This document shows positions 1-11,743 of a DNA stretch of 64,000 nt, piece after piece (position 1 is the first letter of the stretch; every line of letters begins with the position of its first letter). The notes under the pieces are model-generated. The model searched no databases. It worked only from the letters and a program-made list of their open reading frames with translations, and was not told the DNA's origin. The stretch comes from Callorhinchus milii (taxonomy: Eukaryota), in NCBI RefSeq assembly GCF_018977255.1, contig NW_024704744.1, positions 56,296,001 through 56,360,000 of the forward strand, in the 5' to 3' direction. The translations under genes and the position numbers were made by a program.

Positions 1-203
1 GAGCTTGGTTGAAATATTGGACTTTTGGGTGGTCTAAAATGTGAGACTAGGGCAGAGCCTCGCTATATTGATAGTAAATTCCAATGAAAAATCCACTGGA
101 CAGCAAGAAATGGGACATTTATCAACTGTGGTGGGTCACTTTGTGTTCCCTTCCTTTAGGAGTAGGATTTGTCTTCCATCACTTGACCACCAGGGCTAGT
201 GGC

Positions 204-275
204 ATGCTTACTTTTATGAAAAGCAGACACAAATGTCAAATGCTGATCTTTATGAAAAGTAGACACAAATGTAAG
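204..275. repeat. 36-bp tandem duplication (2 copies)
   Basis: atgcttacttttatgaaaagcagacacaaatgtcaa / atgctgatctttatgaaaagtagacacaaatgtaag. Confidence 0.85.
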
Positions 276-1259
276 ATGAATCGAACAATACACTCACATC
301 CACAATTGTTGGCAAGCACCAAGATTCATCAAAAAATAAACAAAGGACTCTTGACTGATGAAATAGTTATTGCATATAGGCAGATGGCACCAGACTAACA
401 AGTTGCATGAATACATAATTTTATCATTATATGCCAAAGGGGACAATCACATATAAGAAATGAGCTAAATATTCGATTTTTCGGATTGAATCTAATTTGG
501 ACATTGTCAGCCTTGTTACTTGTTACAATTGTGCCTGGTGGTTGTTTGGTGGTAATGTAGCCAGAAGCTCAGTTGTAATTGATTCAATCGTGTTCATAAG
601 GTTAAGTTGTCAAAAAAAAATGGAAATTCACCATTACTGCTGAGGGGAGCATCTGACAAACAACAAATAGAACTGAACTCAATTCTTCCTGACATAATAT
701 CCTTGTCAAGAGTATTTTAAGACAACTTAAATCAATTAACATATGTCAATGTATTCCAGTTATAGCCTTCAATGCATGTAAATTAAGGGGAGTGAATCAA
801 TTTTAAATGTTAAATTTTCTACATCAATGTTCACACTGACATCTAGAGGCTATAATTAAAAAGTTTGCTGGAGAATGGATTCCCTCTGTATATTATGCAG
901 CCTTTTCTATTGCATAAAAGCCAATTACTCTATAATGTTGCTTAGAAGCTGACCCTGCTAAAGGTGTGAATACGAACAGAAGAGAGTATATATCACTGGA
1001 AGGTTGGTTGTCACGCAACCTGCTTTCTATATTTGAAATATCCCATTTTCTGAACCACTGACTTACATTATTCTCTGATATGTGGGGCATAGAATGAAAC
1101 CATTTAGTTAGTCTATAAAATTAAATTCCTGTACCACTGAGAAATTTAAGATTCCTGCACCACGAGTACGCCACTTGCAATTGTCACCGTTGTTTTAAAA
1201 TTTGCAGGTTTATCCACTAGGTCTTGTGGATCTAGGTACCTGATGTAGCAGCTACTCAC

Positions 1260-1390
1260 TGTGTGTTGATAACCAGTCTATCCCACTGTCCTTTGATGTC
1301 ATCCTCTGAAGGTTGCTCTGTGATGTACAGCCCATCAAACTCGAGCTTCCTGGCCACTTCTTTCTCTCGCTTAAAGATAACCAATGGGAC
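1260..1390 (-). CDS. RYR2: RYR2 exon ~95 (131 nt) [43 protein letters not shown] (S2S3 domain)
   Basis: cag/GTGAGT; peptide match. Confidence 0.96.
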
Positions 1391-1504
1391 CTGCAGTTGT
1401 AATAAATAGACAAGCCTGCCTGAGTCATGTCACATCTCCAACGTGAGGATTAGTATTTCACCATTAAAAGGATTTCTCTCATTTAAAAATCAATGAGTTT
1501 ATTA

Positions 1505-1697
1505 GGTCTCTAATCTCTGGAACTCCCTACCTCAATCTCTCTGCCTCACCCTCTTTAGCTGTCTTTAAATCCTACCTGAGGTCTTATTTCTTTAGCTGCA
1601 TCTATGGTCACATCCCCTCCCCCTTTTCCTTTCCTCAGTGTCCAACCCCGTCACTCTGCAGCGCTCCAAGACGCTATCCTGCATTAAAGATGCTATA
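1505..1697 (+). mobile_element. Degenerate L2 LINE 3' end
   Basis: tctctggaactccctacctcaatctct...gcgctccaagacg...atgctatataa resembles the other L2 tails in the window. Confidence 0.6.
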
Positions 1698-2066
1698 TAA
1701 TAATAATCCTTGCATTTGATTATAGTACCTTATCACATCTTCGAGACATCCCAAAGGGCTTCACAGAAGATACTGTAAAGTGAATTGACTATGTATTTTG
1801 TGGGCGAAACGCGGCAAACAATTGCACATAGCAGTGTCCCACAAAGTTGTGGATTGAGTGACCAAATTATTATTATTTTTTTTGAAGGAATTATTATCCC
1901 CGAAAAAGCGATCCGCCAATCAACTAACAACTAGCAGGCTCTTACTGCTAGGTAAACAGAGGAGTGTGGAGTAAGGAAACTTGCCCAAAGTTTCACCCTG
2001 CCAGGAATCAAACCCCAGTCCTCTTGCTTGTGAGGCAAGTGCTCTAACCACTAAGCTACAGGACTC
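1698..2066 (-). mobile_element. tRNA-derived SINE with Deu-like body and (ATT)n tail, full length
   Basis: Head GAGTCCTGTAGCTTAGTGGTTAGAGC (A box)...GGTTTGATTCC (B box); tail caaatgcaaggattatt; same family at 4647 and 32999. Confidence 0.85.
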
Positions 2067-2691
2067 TGCAAGGATAATTGCAAGTTGCTGTTGTCCAGTG
2101 CTGATTTACAGGGTACAGGTCATGCTAAACTGCTGTGCTATTTTTTAGCGCTCAAATCCACCATTCACCACGATTGAGAACCGATGGTCTTCAGACCCAA
2201 CCTCTACAATAGAATTTACATTCATCAGGTGCTTTTCACATCGAAGTCTCAAAATGCTTCATTGTGCAGAATTCAGAAGGAGGGTACCTCTGATCTCATA
2301 AAATGCCCAAACCTACGATGGCAGCTATACCCGTTTCAAAAGCTTCTGCAAACCTAAACCCAAACCATTTTGCCACAGTTTTGGAGGTGGTGTTCATGCT
2401 AATTATTGTTAATTATTGAATGAACTTCCACCACTTTATATAAAAAAAAGCTTGAATTTAATTTTGTGCATTTCACATTGGAAGAATGTCTCAAAGGGTT
2501 TCACAGGATATTCCATAAAGTTTAATGACTGTATTTTGCAGGCAAACTTGACCGCAAGCCCCCACCAATTTGCACACCGCAATCAATCCTCCAACTAGGT
2601 AAGATACAGAATCTGTACAACCATATCCTACATTATGTAACATTAGATTGTATTCCTTGTGGGCGATGACCAAAACCTCTGGTTGCCTTAC

Positions 2692-2904
2692 TTTTAAGCA
2701 ATAATAACCAATGATGCAAAAAAAGGAGATGATGGTGTGTAGGATAGCCAGAATTCTCAGTGTGGGCTCCATATATCCACTACTCTCTTGTAGCACGTAA
2801 TGCACTGTGACCCTGTGCCCACTGCTCCACCGAGAGGTTCCACCTCCTTGACTGTAAACACCAAGAATACTTTCCCGCTCCTCTACGGGTGGAGAGGTTG
2901 ATAC
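2692..2904 (-). CDS. RYR2: RYR2 exon ~94 (213 nt) VSTSPPVEE...SGYMEPTLRILAILHTIISFFCIIGYYCLK (S1-S2 loop and S2)
   Basis: cag/GTAAGG; lies within ORF 2491-2925. Confidence 0.95.
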
Positions 2905-3292
2905 CTGATGGGAAAAAAAACACATTCAACTGACTAATAAATGTCTTGCACAAAGTACTATCTATACACTACATGATATTGACGGGACTCTCGATAGCAA
3001 ATACAAGTTCTCGGTGTTCAAAGTGACAACTGCATGCTGCATGATGTCCTAACAGGAATTCATTTAAACAGATTGGTTAGTATAGTGTAGTGGGATCGGG
3101 ATCAAATTTTAGAGATTTGCCCCCCAAAATTTTAAATCTTGAGCAAACCATATGTCACAGCTGAACTACTATCTATTCACACACCAATTTCACCTATAGA
3201 ATCCATTATCTCCACTGTGCACAGTAAAACCATGTCTAGAGAAAGTAAACTGGTATGTTGGCTACCAGTTACATAAAGCAAACTCATCTTAC

Positions 3293-3379
3293 CTTATAGA
3301 AGAGAAGAATGAAATTAATAGCAAAGGCTACAAACAGCGCAAGCATCCTCATGTTGTAGAAATTACGTGCAAAATAATT
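3293..3379 (-). CDS. RYR2: RYR2 exon ~93 (87 nt) [29 protein letters not shown] (S1 helix)
   Basis: cag/GTAAGA; peptide match. Confidence 0.96.
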
Positions 3380-3654
3380 CTGTAATGATGAGAATACAAG
3401 AGTTAGGATGTAATTTCAGATGATAATTCAGTTTATTATATAATTGCTCTTTAATACCCACTTTAATTATTCTAGGAAAAAGGATCTTTAAACAGTACTG
3501 ATGTATGAACAGACATCTTACAGCAGGTTAGCAAATAACAAATCAGAGAGACACAGAGCACACTTGTGTCCAACAATTGCTCATCACTCAACTCCACTCG
3601 ACCTTCCATAAACTTTGAAATGAATGGCTAGCTATGATTTGAAATTATTGTCTA

Positions 3655-3930
3655 ACTAAGTGGGGAAAGAGCAGGAGTAGGACTGATTGAGTAGCTTTTC
3701 CAAAGAGTCGGCACAGGCAAGATGGGCCGAATGGCCTCCTTCTGTGTTGCAATACTCAAAATGCTTCACGGAACACATTGTAAAGTGTAGTGACTGTGTA
3801 CTTCATAGGTGTAGTGAATGCAGCAGCCAATCTGCACAGAGCAATGTCCCACAAACAGCCATGAAGTGAATGACCAAATTTATTTGGGCGATTGTTACCA
3901 GGACACCAGAGAAACTCCCTTGCTGCATTA
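3655..3930. mobile_element. CR1 3' tail (+) adjoining a Deu-SINE fragment (-)
   Basis: gatgggccgaatggcctccttctgtg CR1 end; gcagccaatctgcacagagcaatgtcccacaaacagc Deu motif. Confidence 0.65.
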
Positions 3931-4646
3931 GGTACACATGGCACATTTCTGTGAAGTTAATTTCTGTGAAGCAGGCTGAGGCCCGAAATTCTTATGGTTT
4001 TAGCTTAAGGCCGTTGTTTTAAAATGTAAGATGAAGAAGTTTGAAAACTCTTAAATAAACTGCGGAAAATCAGCTTCCAAATCTAGGTTGAAATGACAAT
4101 TTTTCCAAAAGTCTGTATAATCGATGGGGTTAAGTGTGAGACGATGAGAAATTATGACAAACCATTTCATTTGCATGCTTATCCGAGCTTCACTGTGAAG
4201 TATTGTAAAATTATGGCAATCTTTACAGTATTATGATGAATTTAAGGTTGAACGTTATTTTGTACCTTTTCTAACTGCAATGAGAGGCAGTGCAAAATGT
4301 GAACTGTACCTCAAATCTATTACTTTTACTTTGCTGTCGTTTGGTAAACTATTAAAATAACAACTCACTGAACAAGTCCCACTCATTGCATGCAACCAAT
4401 GATGTAAACAAGTAAATATAATTATATTAAAAAAATTAAAACGTATACAATCTCAATTGAAATACTATAATATTGGCTTAACATGAGTCATTAATGATAA
4501 TTATCCGAGTAACAATTGCAAAAGATAAGAGTAGAAAATGGTCTGGAATGATGACTTTTAGTAGAGATTGTATGGGAATACACTTGGTTTACACACAGGG
4601 ATAATATATATGTAATTACACATGATTTATCCAAGGGGAATAATAT

Positions 4647-4944
4647 TATAATAATCCTTGCATTTGATTTAGCGTTTTTCCAGACGCCTCAAAGTGCTTC
4701 ACAGAATATACAGTAAAGTAAATTGACTGTATGTTTGTGGGTGAAACGCGGCAGCCAATTGCGCACAGCAGTGTCCCACAAACAGTCTTGGATTGAGTGA
4801 CCAAATTATAATTTTATCTCTTGAAGGATTATTAATCAGGCATGTGGAGTAAGGAAACTTGCCCAAGGTTTCGCCCTACTGGGAATCAAACCCAGGTCTC
4901 TCGCTTGCTAGGCGAGTTCTCTAACCACTGAGCTACACGACTCC
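4647..4944 (-). mobile_element. tRNA-derived SINE, same family as 1698-2066, internally shorter
   Basis: GGAGTCGTGTAGCTCAGTGGTTAGAG head, GGGTTTGATTCCC B box, shared body and tail. Confidence 0.85.
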
Positions 4945-5009
4945 ACCCTATACCCTAGCTAGACACAGAAGTTACACTAAGTTCCCAAGATGAGCAATAA
5001 GATACTCAC

Positions 5010-5166
5010 AAGCAGCTTCTGTTTGTATGCTATAATTTTCTTCCAGAAGGCAGATTCTTGGACATCAGGCTCGTCTGTTTTTTGTGCATGTCGCTGCTTC
5101 TTTTTCTGTTGCGGTTTTTGCTCTGGAACTTTTTCTTCCTTTTCTTCTTTTTCTCCATCTTCTCCA
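5010..5166 (-). CDS. RYR2: RYR2 exon ~92 (157 nt) DGEDGEKEEKEEK...ESAFWKKIIAYKQKLL
   Basis: cag/GTGAGT; lies within ORF 4977-5279. Confidence 0.93.
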
Positions 5167-5601
5167 CTGCAATGCAGATAAGACAATGTTTCCCACAGGG
5201 TAGAAATAAAGCATCCACTTCCCAAAGTGACAATAGCGATGCATGGTGCGCGAAATGAGCAAAGTGCAGGAAGTGACATCAGTGGTGACTTGATGATCTG
5301 TCCTCAGTGTGGGCAGCTGCCTGTCAGCACCGGAAACTGGGTCCACTGGAGAAGCAGCGCTCTTTGGAAGGTGATGCAATGGGCTTCTCTTGTATGTTAG
5401 TTAGTGAAATGGCATTTTACAATAATAAAAGTATTCCTGTGAAGTACTGTAATGCTTGTGGATTTTTTCCTAAATCTGTGCATGTGAGCTAAAATTGTGC
5501 AGAAACAGTCAACCCATAAAAGCTCGGGCAGAATCGTGGGCCAGACAGCATTCCAGATACTAATCCTATTTCTTAAAATCCCAATTCTTCACAGTACTCA
5601 C

Positions 5602-5669
5602 TCAGCCTTTTCCGGTTCCACTTTTGGGTCCTCTTTCTCGTTAGTCTCATCCTCCTTGGTTTCTTCAGC
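5602..5669 (-). CDS. RYR2: RYR2 exon ~91 (68 nt) AEETKEDETNEKEDPKVEPEKA
   Basis: tag/GTGAGT; phase 0-2 fits its neighbours; EPEKA motif. Confidence 0.9.
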
Positions 5670-6070
5670 CTAGCAACACAAATATTACAGAACAATTCAA
5701 TTACACTATCCCATCTTTTTGCAGTGAAGTTTTATCATCAGAAAAAATGAAATGCCAAGATGAATGACAAAAAAAATCAAAAATGGCATTTCTACAGCGT
5801 ATTTCACATAGCATTAAGCACTCCAATACCTTAAGGGTGCTATTTGAATGTGAGTTGTTACTCTGTAGTTGTAGAATGATAATTTATCTTGTTCTGAACA
5901 GATGAGAATGAAAATATTTGGTGGAATGGTGGTGTATGGGCTGCTGAGGTACTGTAAAACCTGAAATTCCCTGATTAAAAATGTTTCCTGCACTTTGGCT
6001 AGCTGAGCATTTTGTGTGAAATAAACTGTTTAGCAACCACTTCAAATGGATAGATAGAATTATATGTCAC

Positions 6071-7376
6071 CTGAGGTTCAGTCTGGAGTTCTGGAAGTGG
6101 CTCACTAGTAGCCTGAGGGCTTATTAGATCAGACATGCCAGCATTTGGATCATGTGGTATGAGCTTATATTGGCCTCCTTCACGCCGTAGGTCCAAACCA
6201 AAGATATCGGACAGGACATCAGTCTCCTCAGTGACGGCTGTCAGATCAGTTAAGTCTTCTGAGGCAGTGCTGATGGGGCAACTTTCCCTTCTCCTTCTCC
6301 AACCTCACCATCGACGTCATCGTGAGTTGGGTCTGGCATGTTGGCCAGCAGCTCCGTCACTTTGATCTTCTTAGCTCCTTCCACAAGACTTCCTCCCAAC
6401 AAAGTGCTGTACATGATACGAAGGAATCCACGAAAAACGCTGAATACAAAGTGGAAGAGTCCGACCAGCAAGCTCCAGTAGAAAGAGAAGAGAGCCATAA
6501 TCAGGTCCTTCACTGTCATCTTTTTCATTTTCTTCACCTGCTTTTTGAGGCTTTTAGTTGTGAACATCTTCATGAGGATCATCACGTTAGACCTCAAGGC
6601 CATCAGAGCAGTCCGAACTGTCGTCAAGGTAAAAAAGCCCATTTTGGGGTCTTCTTCCTCCAATTTGTCCTTCTGGGTGTCCTCTTTGCTCACAGACCTC
6701 TCAGTGGAGTCTGACTCGGAGATTTGAGCTGCCAGCTGCATCTCAAAGATAGTGTCCTCACAGAAGTTCACAAAGAGTTCCATCTTTTCTTTCTCTCCCC
6801 CCTCATTCACCACGTCAAAGATGAATTGTCTCTTTGACTCCTTCACTTGCGGCTTCTCCCATTGGGTTCTGCTGGACTCGCTGATCTCAAAATAAACCCT
6901 CTCGATGCGCTTGGCACTCCCCATGATTTCTATGCGGCCCAGGTACGGTTGAAAATAATTGAGCACACTCTCTGCCAGTTCCAGAAATGTCTGCAGCCGG
7001 GTGTCGTGAGGCATGTGCTCCGACAGGTTTGTCAGCAGAACAGCCACATTGAAACCAATGTCCTTGGCAGGTTCGTGAAACCGTTCAACAAACTCCTCAT
7101 AATCTAGCATCTCATTCTCATCAGTCTCAGCACAAGAGAGCAGGAAATCAGTTTCGGACTGAGTGTAATGTTTATGACTCTCCATAGCCTTCTGAAAGTC
7201 CCTCTTTGAGATCACACCTTTAGTATCAGGGTCATATTCTTTGAATGTATCAGATGTGGTTAGATCCTTTAGTTTAAGGAACATATCAAAGAATTTGAGG
7301 ATCATTTCTACGTTGTTTGAGGATTCCACCAACATGTCAACCATCTGCTTGCCAATTGTTCCATTAACCACATTTC
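6071..7376 (-). CDS. RYR2: RYR2 exon ~90 (1306 nt as given; EF hands, thumb-and-forefinger, start of divergent region 1) with an apparent 1-nt deletion at ~6263
   Basis: tag/GTGACA; ORF 6250-7401 plus continuation ORF 5999-6196 in another frame. Confidence 0.95.
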
Positions 7377-8092
7377 CTAAAGTAAGGAAACCAGACAGCA
7401 TTGCAATATGTTAGAAATAAGCAAGACCAATCAATCAGCTGATTAGATTTAGGCAGATCTTAGTCTGATTTTAAAGCATGCCCCTTTGTAATATTCATTA
7501 CATACTCTTATTGCTAAAGGTCCTTATTGATTACAAGCAGTTTTAATTCCTTCACATGATGTGAAGTATTTTGCTGTCTTTGCAATAATGAAGCCCTTTC
7601 TCACATATGAAGTCTAAAATGTGGGATTCGTAACAAGTAATATCTCCCACCAATAACTGAATATGTATGATACAGGAATTCCATTCTGACAGTCTACTTT
7701 GGGAAAACTCCTTCCAGTTACTGACAGAAATCACTGTTGTGACTTCTATTATGAATTCTGTTGCAGCCTCATTGTTGCGATGTCAAAGAGAATAGTGAAA
7801 TCTTGATGGATATTATTGGAAGGAATATTATTGGAAAAATCATGTTTCAATAATAAATCTGTTTTATTTCTTTCTTTATCCTTTATTGTTCAATAAACTG
7901 TACCCATAAATAATGTTCAGACGTAGTACATCAAATTCTTATTTTCTCTTGCTTATTAAATCTGCGTTGAATTTCAATTTTAAAAAAACAGAACTCATGT
8001 GTATAAAAAAAAGGATAGAAAGTTGAACACAAACTATACTCCTCATGCTCCTTTTTNGTTGGAGAATTAATTCCAGTTCACCTCAGTCATCA

Positions 8093-8182
<90 letters not shown>

Positions 8183-8822
8183 CTAGAAATTAACATTTTG
8201 ATTAAGCATTTTAACTCTTACATCAATTTGCTACACATTAGTTTGCTAAATTCCTTTTTGAATTGAAGATTACACAAGAGAGGTGCAGATGTAGAAGGCC
8301 CTTCTTCACCTCATCCAGAAAACCCACCGTACAATTTTCCCATCACGACTTCATCATAAATTGGGTGGACATTACTCATGTGCACTTTTAGTCAACAATA
8401 AACAAAAAATAGTAACTTTTCTTAAACTGTTACTCTTAAGTTTGAATTGGCGATCTTTCAGTGGGTAAGGCCCTGAGTGCCAATACATTTAATAAACATT
8501 AAACTTAACTATTTAAATTTAATTAAATTTAATAATATACATTATCAATGTGTCTATCAATGTGAAACTCACTGAACTTACTACTTGCAGAACATATCCT
8601 CTGTATTTAACTACTTGAAAACTTTTCACTACTTTTCGTGATCAAAATGCACATCTGTCTGTCAATCACCAACTCATTAACAGTAGCCACATAGAATACA
8701 ACAACAAGATTACATTTGTATAGGGCCTTTCACATCAGGAGGACTACACAAAACATAACACTTAGGTTTAGAACAGATCGAGTGGGAGGGAAAGAGCTAC
8801 CGAGCCACATCTGCTCACCAAC

Positions 8823-8927
8823 CTGAGACAGTTTCATTTGCATGTGGGCAAAGACATGAAGAAAGCCAACCACAGCATCCCACAGCCTGCTATGTGCTAA
8901 ACTCTGTTGATTGCCAGTACATGGACC
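8823..8927 (-). CDS. RYR2: RYR2 exon ~88 (105 nt) [35 protein letters not shown]
   Basis: cag/GTTGGT; peptide match. Confidence 0.95.
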
Positions 8928-9289
8928 CTGCAGAACAGAAAACGGCTTGATAAAACAACATTGTATATAGAGCAGGAGTCACTTTTCCTTACCAGGAAAG
9001 GAATTTACTGGAGTAACAGGAGTAACGGGCACATTCACGCTGTTGTAACTGGTCCTGTTGTGCTGAACTAACTGGTGAGCCATGTGGTGAGGAGAAGTCA
9101 GGATTGGATTGCATTGTCTCAACACCTGGATGCCGATTTAGGATTTAGGGCCTGGTATTATGTTGACAGGTATCAGTCCAATGTCGAGATCCAAGAATGT
9201 TGTGGCAGGTGAGCATTTAATTAAACCATAAAGCATAGCAAAGGCAAAGAAGACTTGGTTCGTCTTTTGTCAAATGCAAGGTACAAAAA

Positions 9290-9472
9290 AAATAATAATT
9301 TGGTTACTCAATCCACGACCATTTGTGGGACACTGCTATGTACAATTGGCTGCCGCGTTTCGCCCACAAAATATATTGTCAATTCACTTTACAGTATATT
9401 CTGTGAAGCGCTTTGAGGCATCTTGAAGCCCTGATAAGGCGCTATGTCAAATGCAAGGAGTATTATTATTAT
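9290..9472 (+). mobile_element. SINE 3' half
   Basis: tttgtgggacactgctatgtacaattggctgccgcgtttcgcccacaaaa...caaatgcaaggagtattatt. Confidence 0.8.
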
Positions 9473-9792
9473 AGCAACAAAGGAAATTTAGAGTCTGGCA
9501 ATTATTATTTTAATCTCGAGTACATTGACTTGTTCCAATCAAATATTTTGTTCTATTAGGTGATCTCTAGCTTTGCATAGTGTGCGATTGAATAACTGAA
9601 CTTCTGCCATGACGGGTTGCTGAAAAGTTCCACAGGAGTCTCAGTGCCAGATAAATCCACTGACCTGCGTTCCCTTCGATATCACCTTGGAGTGGTTTTG
9701 TTGCAGAAATACGTAAATTAAAAAGAAAACCTGAAGACTTTAATTCGGGTTTATAAGTGTTGTTACATATTGACTTAGTTTTGTGCTGGTAC

Positions 9793-9921
9793 CTGGATGT
9801 ATTCTGTAAGTGTATTGAAGACTTGCTTTGCCACATTGATTGCCTTTGAGAAATTACGCTGCCCTTGTTCGTCAATGACATCTTTCCCAGAGTAGTACCA
9901 ATAGAAATCACTGATCGATTC
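9793..9921 (-). CDS. RYR2: RYR2 exon ~87 (129 nt) [43 protein letters not shown] (Ca2+-site Glu/Gln)
   Basis: cag/GTACCA; peptide match. Confidence 0.95.
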
Positions 9922-10214
9922 CTGTCAACGGAAAATGTTTGATTCACAACCAAGAACATCCAAAATAAACTAATTTAAGAGATATGAGTTACACTGTTCT
10001 CTAGTTTTGTTACAAATTAGTTTTTATTATGGTTAAAGCTTCCCAAGAAATCAAAGAGAATATCAAATGCATCATGTCAGCTATTTTAAATCAAACTATT
10101 TCTTGTTCCTTACCACCGGAGGCATCTGACCCCCCCAGCAATATTCTAACACTGCATTAAACTAGAAAAGAAACTTTAAATATAGGAGCAATCAAAGAAA
10201 ACTGGGTTGAATTA

Positions 10215-10543
10215 CAGAGAAACTGTTTCCTCTAGTAGGGGAATCCAGAACAAGGGGGCATAATCTTAAAATTCGAGCTAGGCCATTTAGGAGTGAAATT
10301 AGGAGGCAGTTTTTCACCGAAAGAGTAATGGAAATCTGGAACTCTCTCCCCCAAAAGGCTGTGGATGCTGGATCCATTCACATTTTCAAGACTGAGATAG
10401 ATAGATATTTGTTAGATCAGGGTATCAAGGGATATGGGCAAGGGCGGGTAATTGGAGTTGAGGTACAGATCAGCCATGATCTATAGAATGGCTGAACAGG
10501 CTCCAAACGATGAATGACCTACTCCTGTTTCTACGTTTCTATG
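10215..10543 (+). mobile_element. CR1 LINE 3' fragment
   Basis: Encodes RTRGHNLKI...FFTERVMEIWNSLPQKAVDA, the CR1 ORF2 C-terminus, plus a 3' UTR ending tttctatg. Confidence 0.85.
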
Positions 10544-11036
10544 AATTCAAAGCATTCAAGAGGAAACTTGAAAATCAAAGTAGTAGTATTAATTTTAGGA
10601 ACAGGACAGAGCTATCTATACGACCCAACCAATCTTTCAAAAAGGAAGAGTTGGAGGTAACCTGTCATTTTTAGGATCATTTACAGAGTAATCCACTGGA
10701 GAAACTCTTATTTAATTTCAAATATAACATCCCAGTCATTCAACCATAAAGCTATATGCTTTTCACAAATAACTAAATGCAGGGTTGGGTTGTATAGAAC
10801 CAAGTGTATCTATAAACATTCAGATAAAGGTTGAAGCTGATTTTGAAAGTTATTTCTTGAAAGTGAAACCAGCATAATTCAGGAAATCAGATGACTGGAT
10901 CAGAAATAGATTCTCAATTGCTTCTTTCCTTGCTTTCTTATAAATGCTTATGAACAATTCTCAAAATTCATCTCAATCAAACCAAACGGTTTCCAATAAA
11001 AGATGCAGATCTTCCCATAAATCAAATCAAGTTTAC

Positions 11037-11125
11037 CTGAACTCTCAAGAGGTAGTCCACGGTGGAGATAATGATATTTACTGTTGTGTTATTGCCTGTT
11101 TGAGTTCGTAGGTAGTTCTGGAAAT
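11037..11125 (-). CDS. RYR2: RYR2 exon ~86 (89 nt) [30 protein letters not shown]
   Basis: aag/GTAAAC; peptide match. Confidence 0.95.
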
Positions 11126-11662
11126 CTTTAAGACAAAGAGGTCAGACTTGAGAGATTGATCAATGGTTCAGAACTATTTAAATGCTTATCTCTGCAATTT
11201 GGTTTAAAAAAAAAGCTTGTATTTTTAACAATTCACTGTTACCCCCAAAACATCTCAAAGCAGCTTGCAGAAATAACTGTCAAGTGCAGTGACTGTTTTA
11301 GTAGGTAAATGCAGTGAAAATGTGTGTCAGTAATATACCAATCTGTGAATGACCAGTGAATTATATCATAAAACATGACAGTTTATGTTAAAATAGTCTG
11401 AAATTAACCGAATTACAACCAAAAAGGTCCCATGAACATTCAAATGATAATACTGTAAATGACTGATTTATCTAGACTGATCACTGCAGAAGATTCTACC
11501 AAATAGTAAAAGTAGGTTCATATCAGAGTCTTTCTCAATACAAAGTGCACAAGTTAAAAGGCGGAAATGATCCAGGTGAAAAAGGGTTAACAGATGATGA
11601 CTTATCAAACGATGCATAAATGATTCCTATCACCATCGGCCTACCTGAGGTTTGTTACACAC

Positions 11663-11743
11663 CTGAGTTGTGGCCTTCACAGAGCAGTTGGAGAAAGCGA
11701 AAGAGATCGCAAGTAAACTCATCGTCCTGCATCACCTTCTCAC
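11663..11743 (-). CDS. RYR2: RYR2 exon ~85 (81 nt) [27 protein letters not shown] (Ca2+-site Glu in LCEGH)
   Basis: cag/GTGTGT; RIH-associated domain motif. Confidence 0.95.

Noticed and set aside
84-398. 104-aa plus-strand ORF and the other short ORFs in the track
   Set aside because: Intronic, antisense to exons or repeat-derived; the repeated FMKSRHKC comes from the 36-bp tandem duplication
1985-2066. tRNA-like sequences (also ~4870-4944, 26490-26562, 33290-33362)
   Set aside because: They are SINE heads that run into SINE body sequence, with no convincing complete cloverleaf, so not tRNA genes
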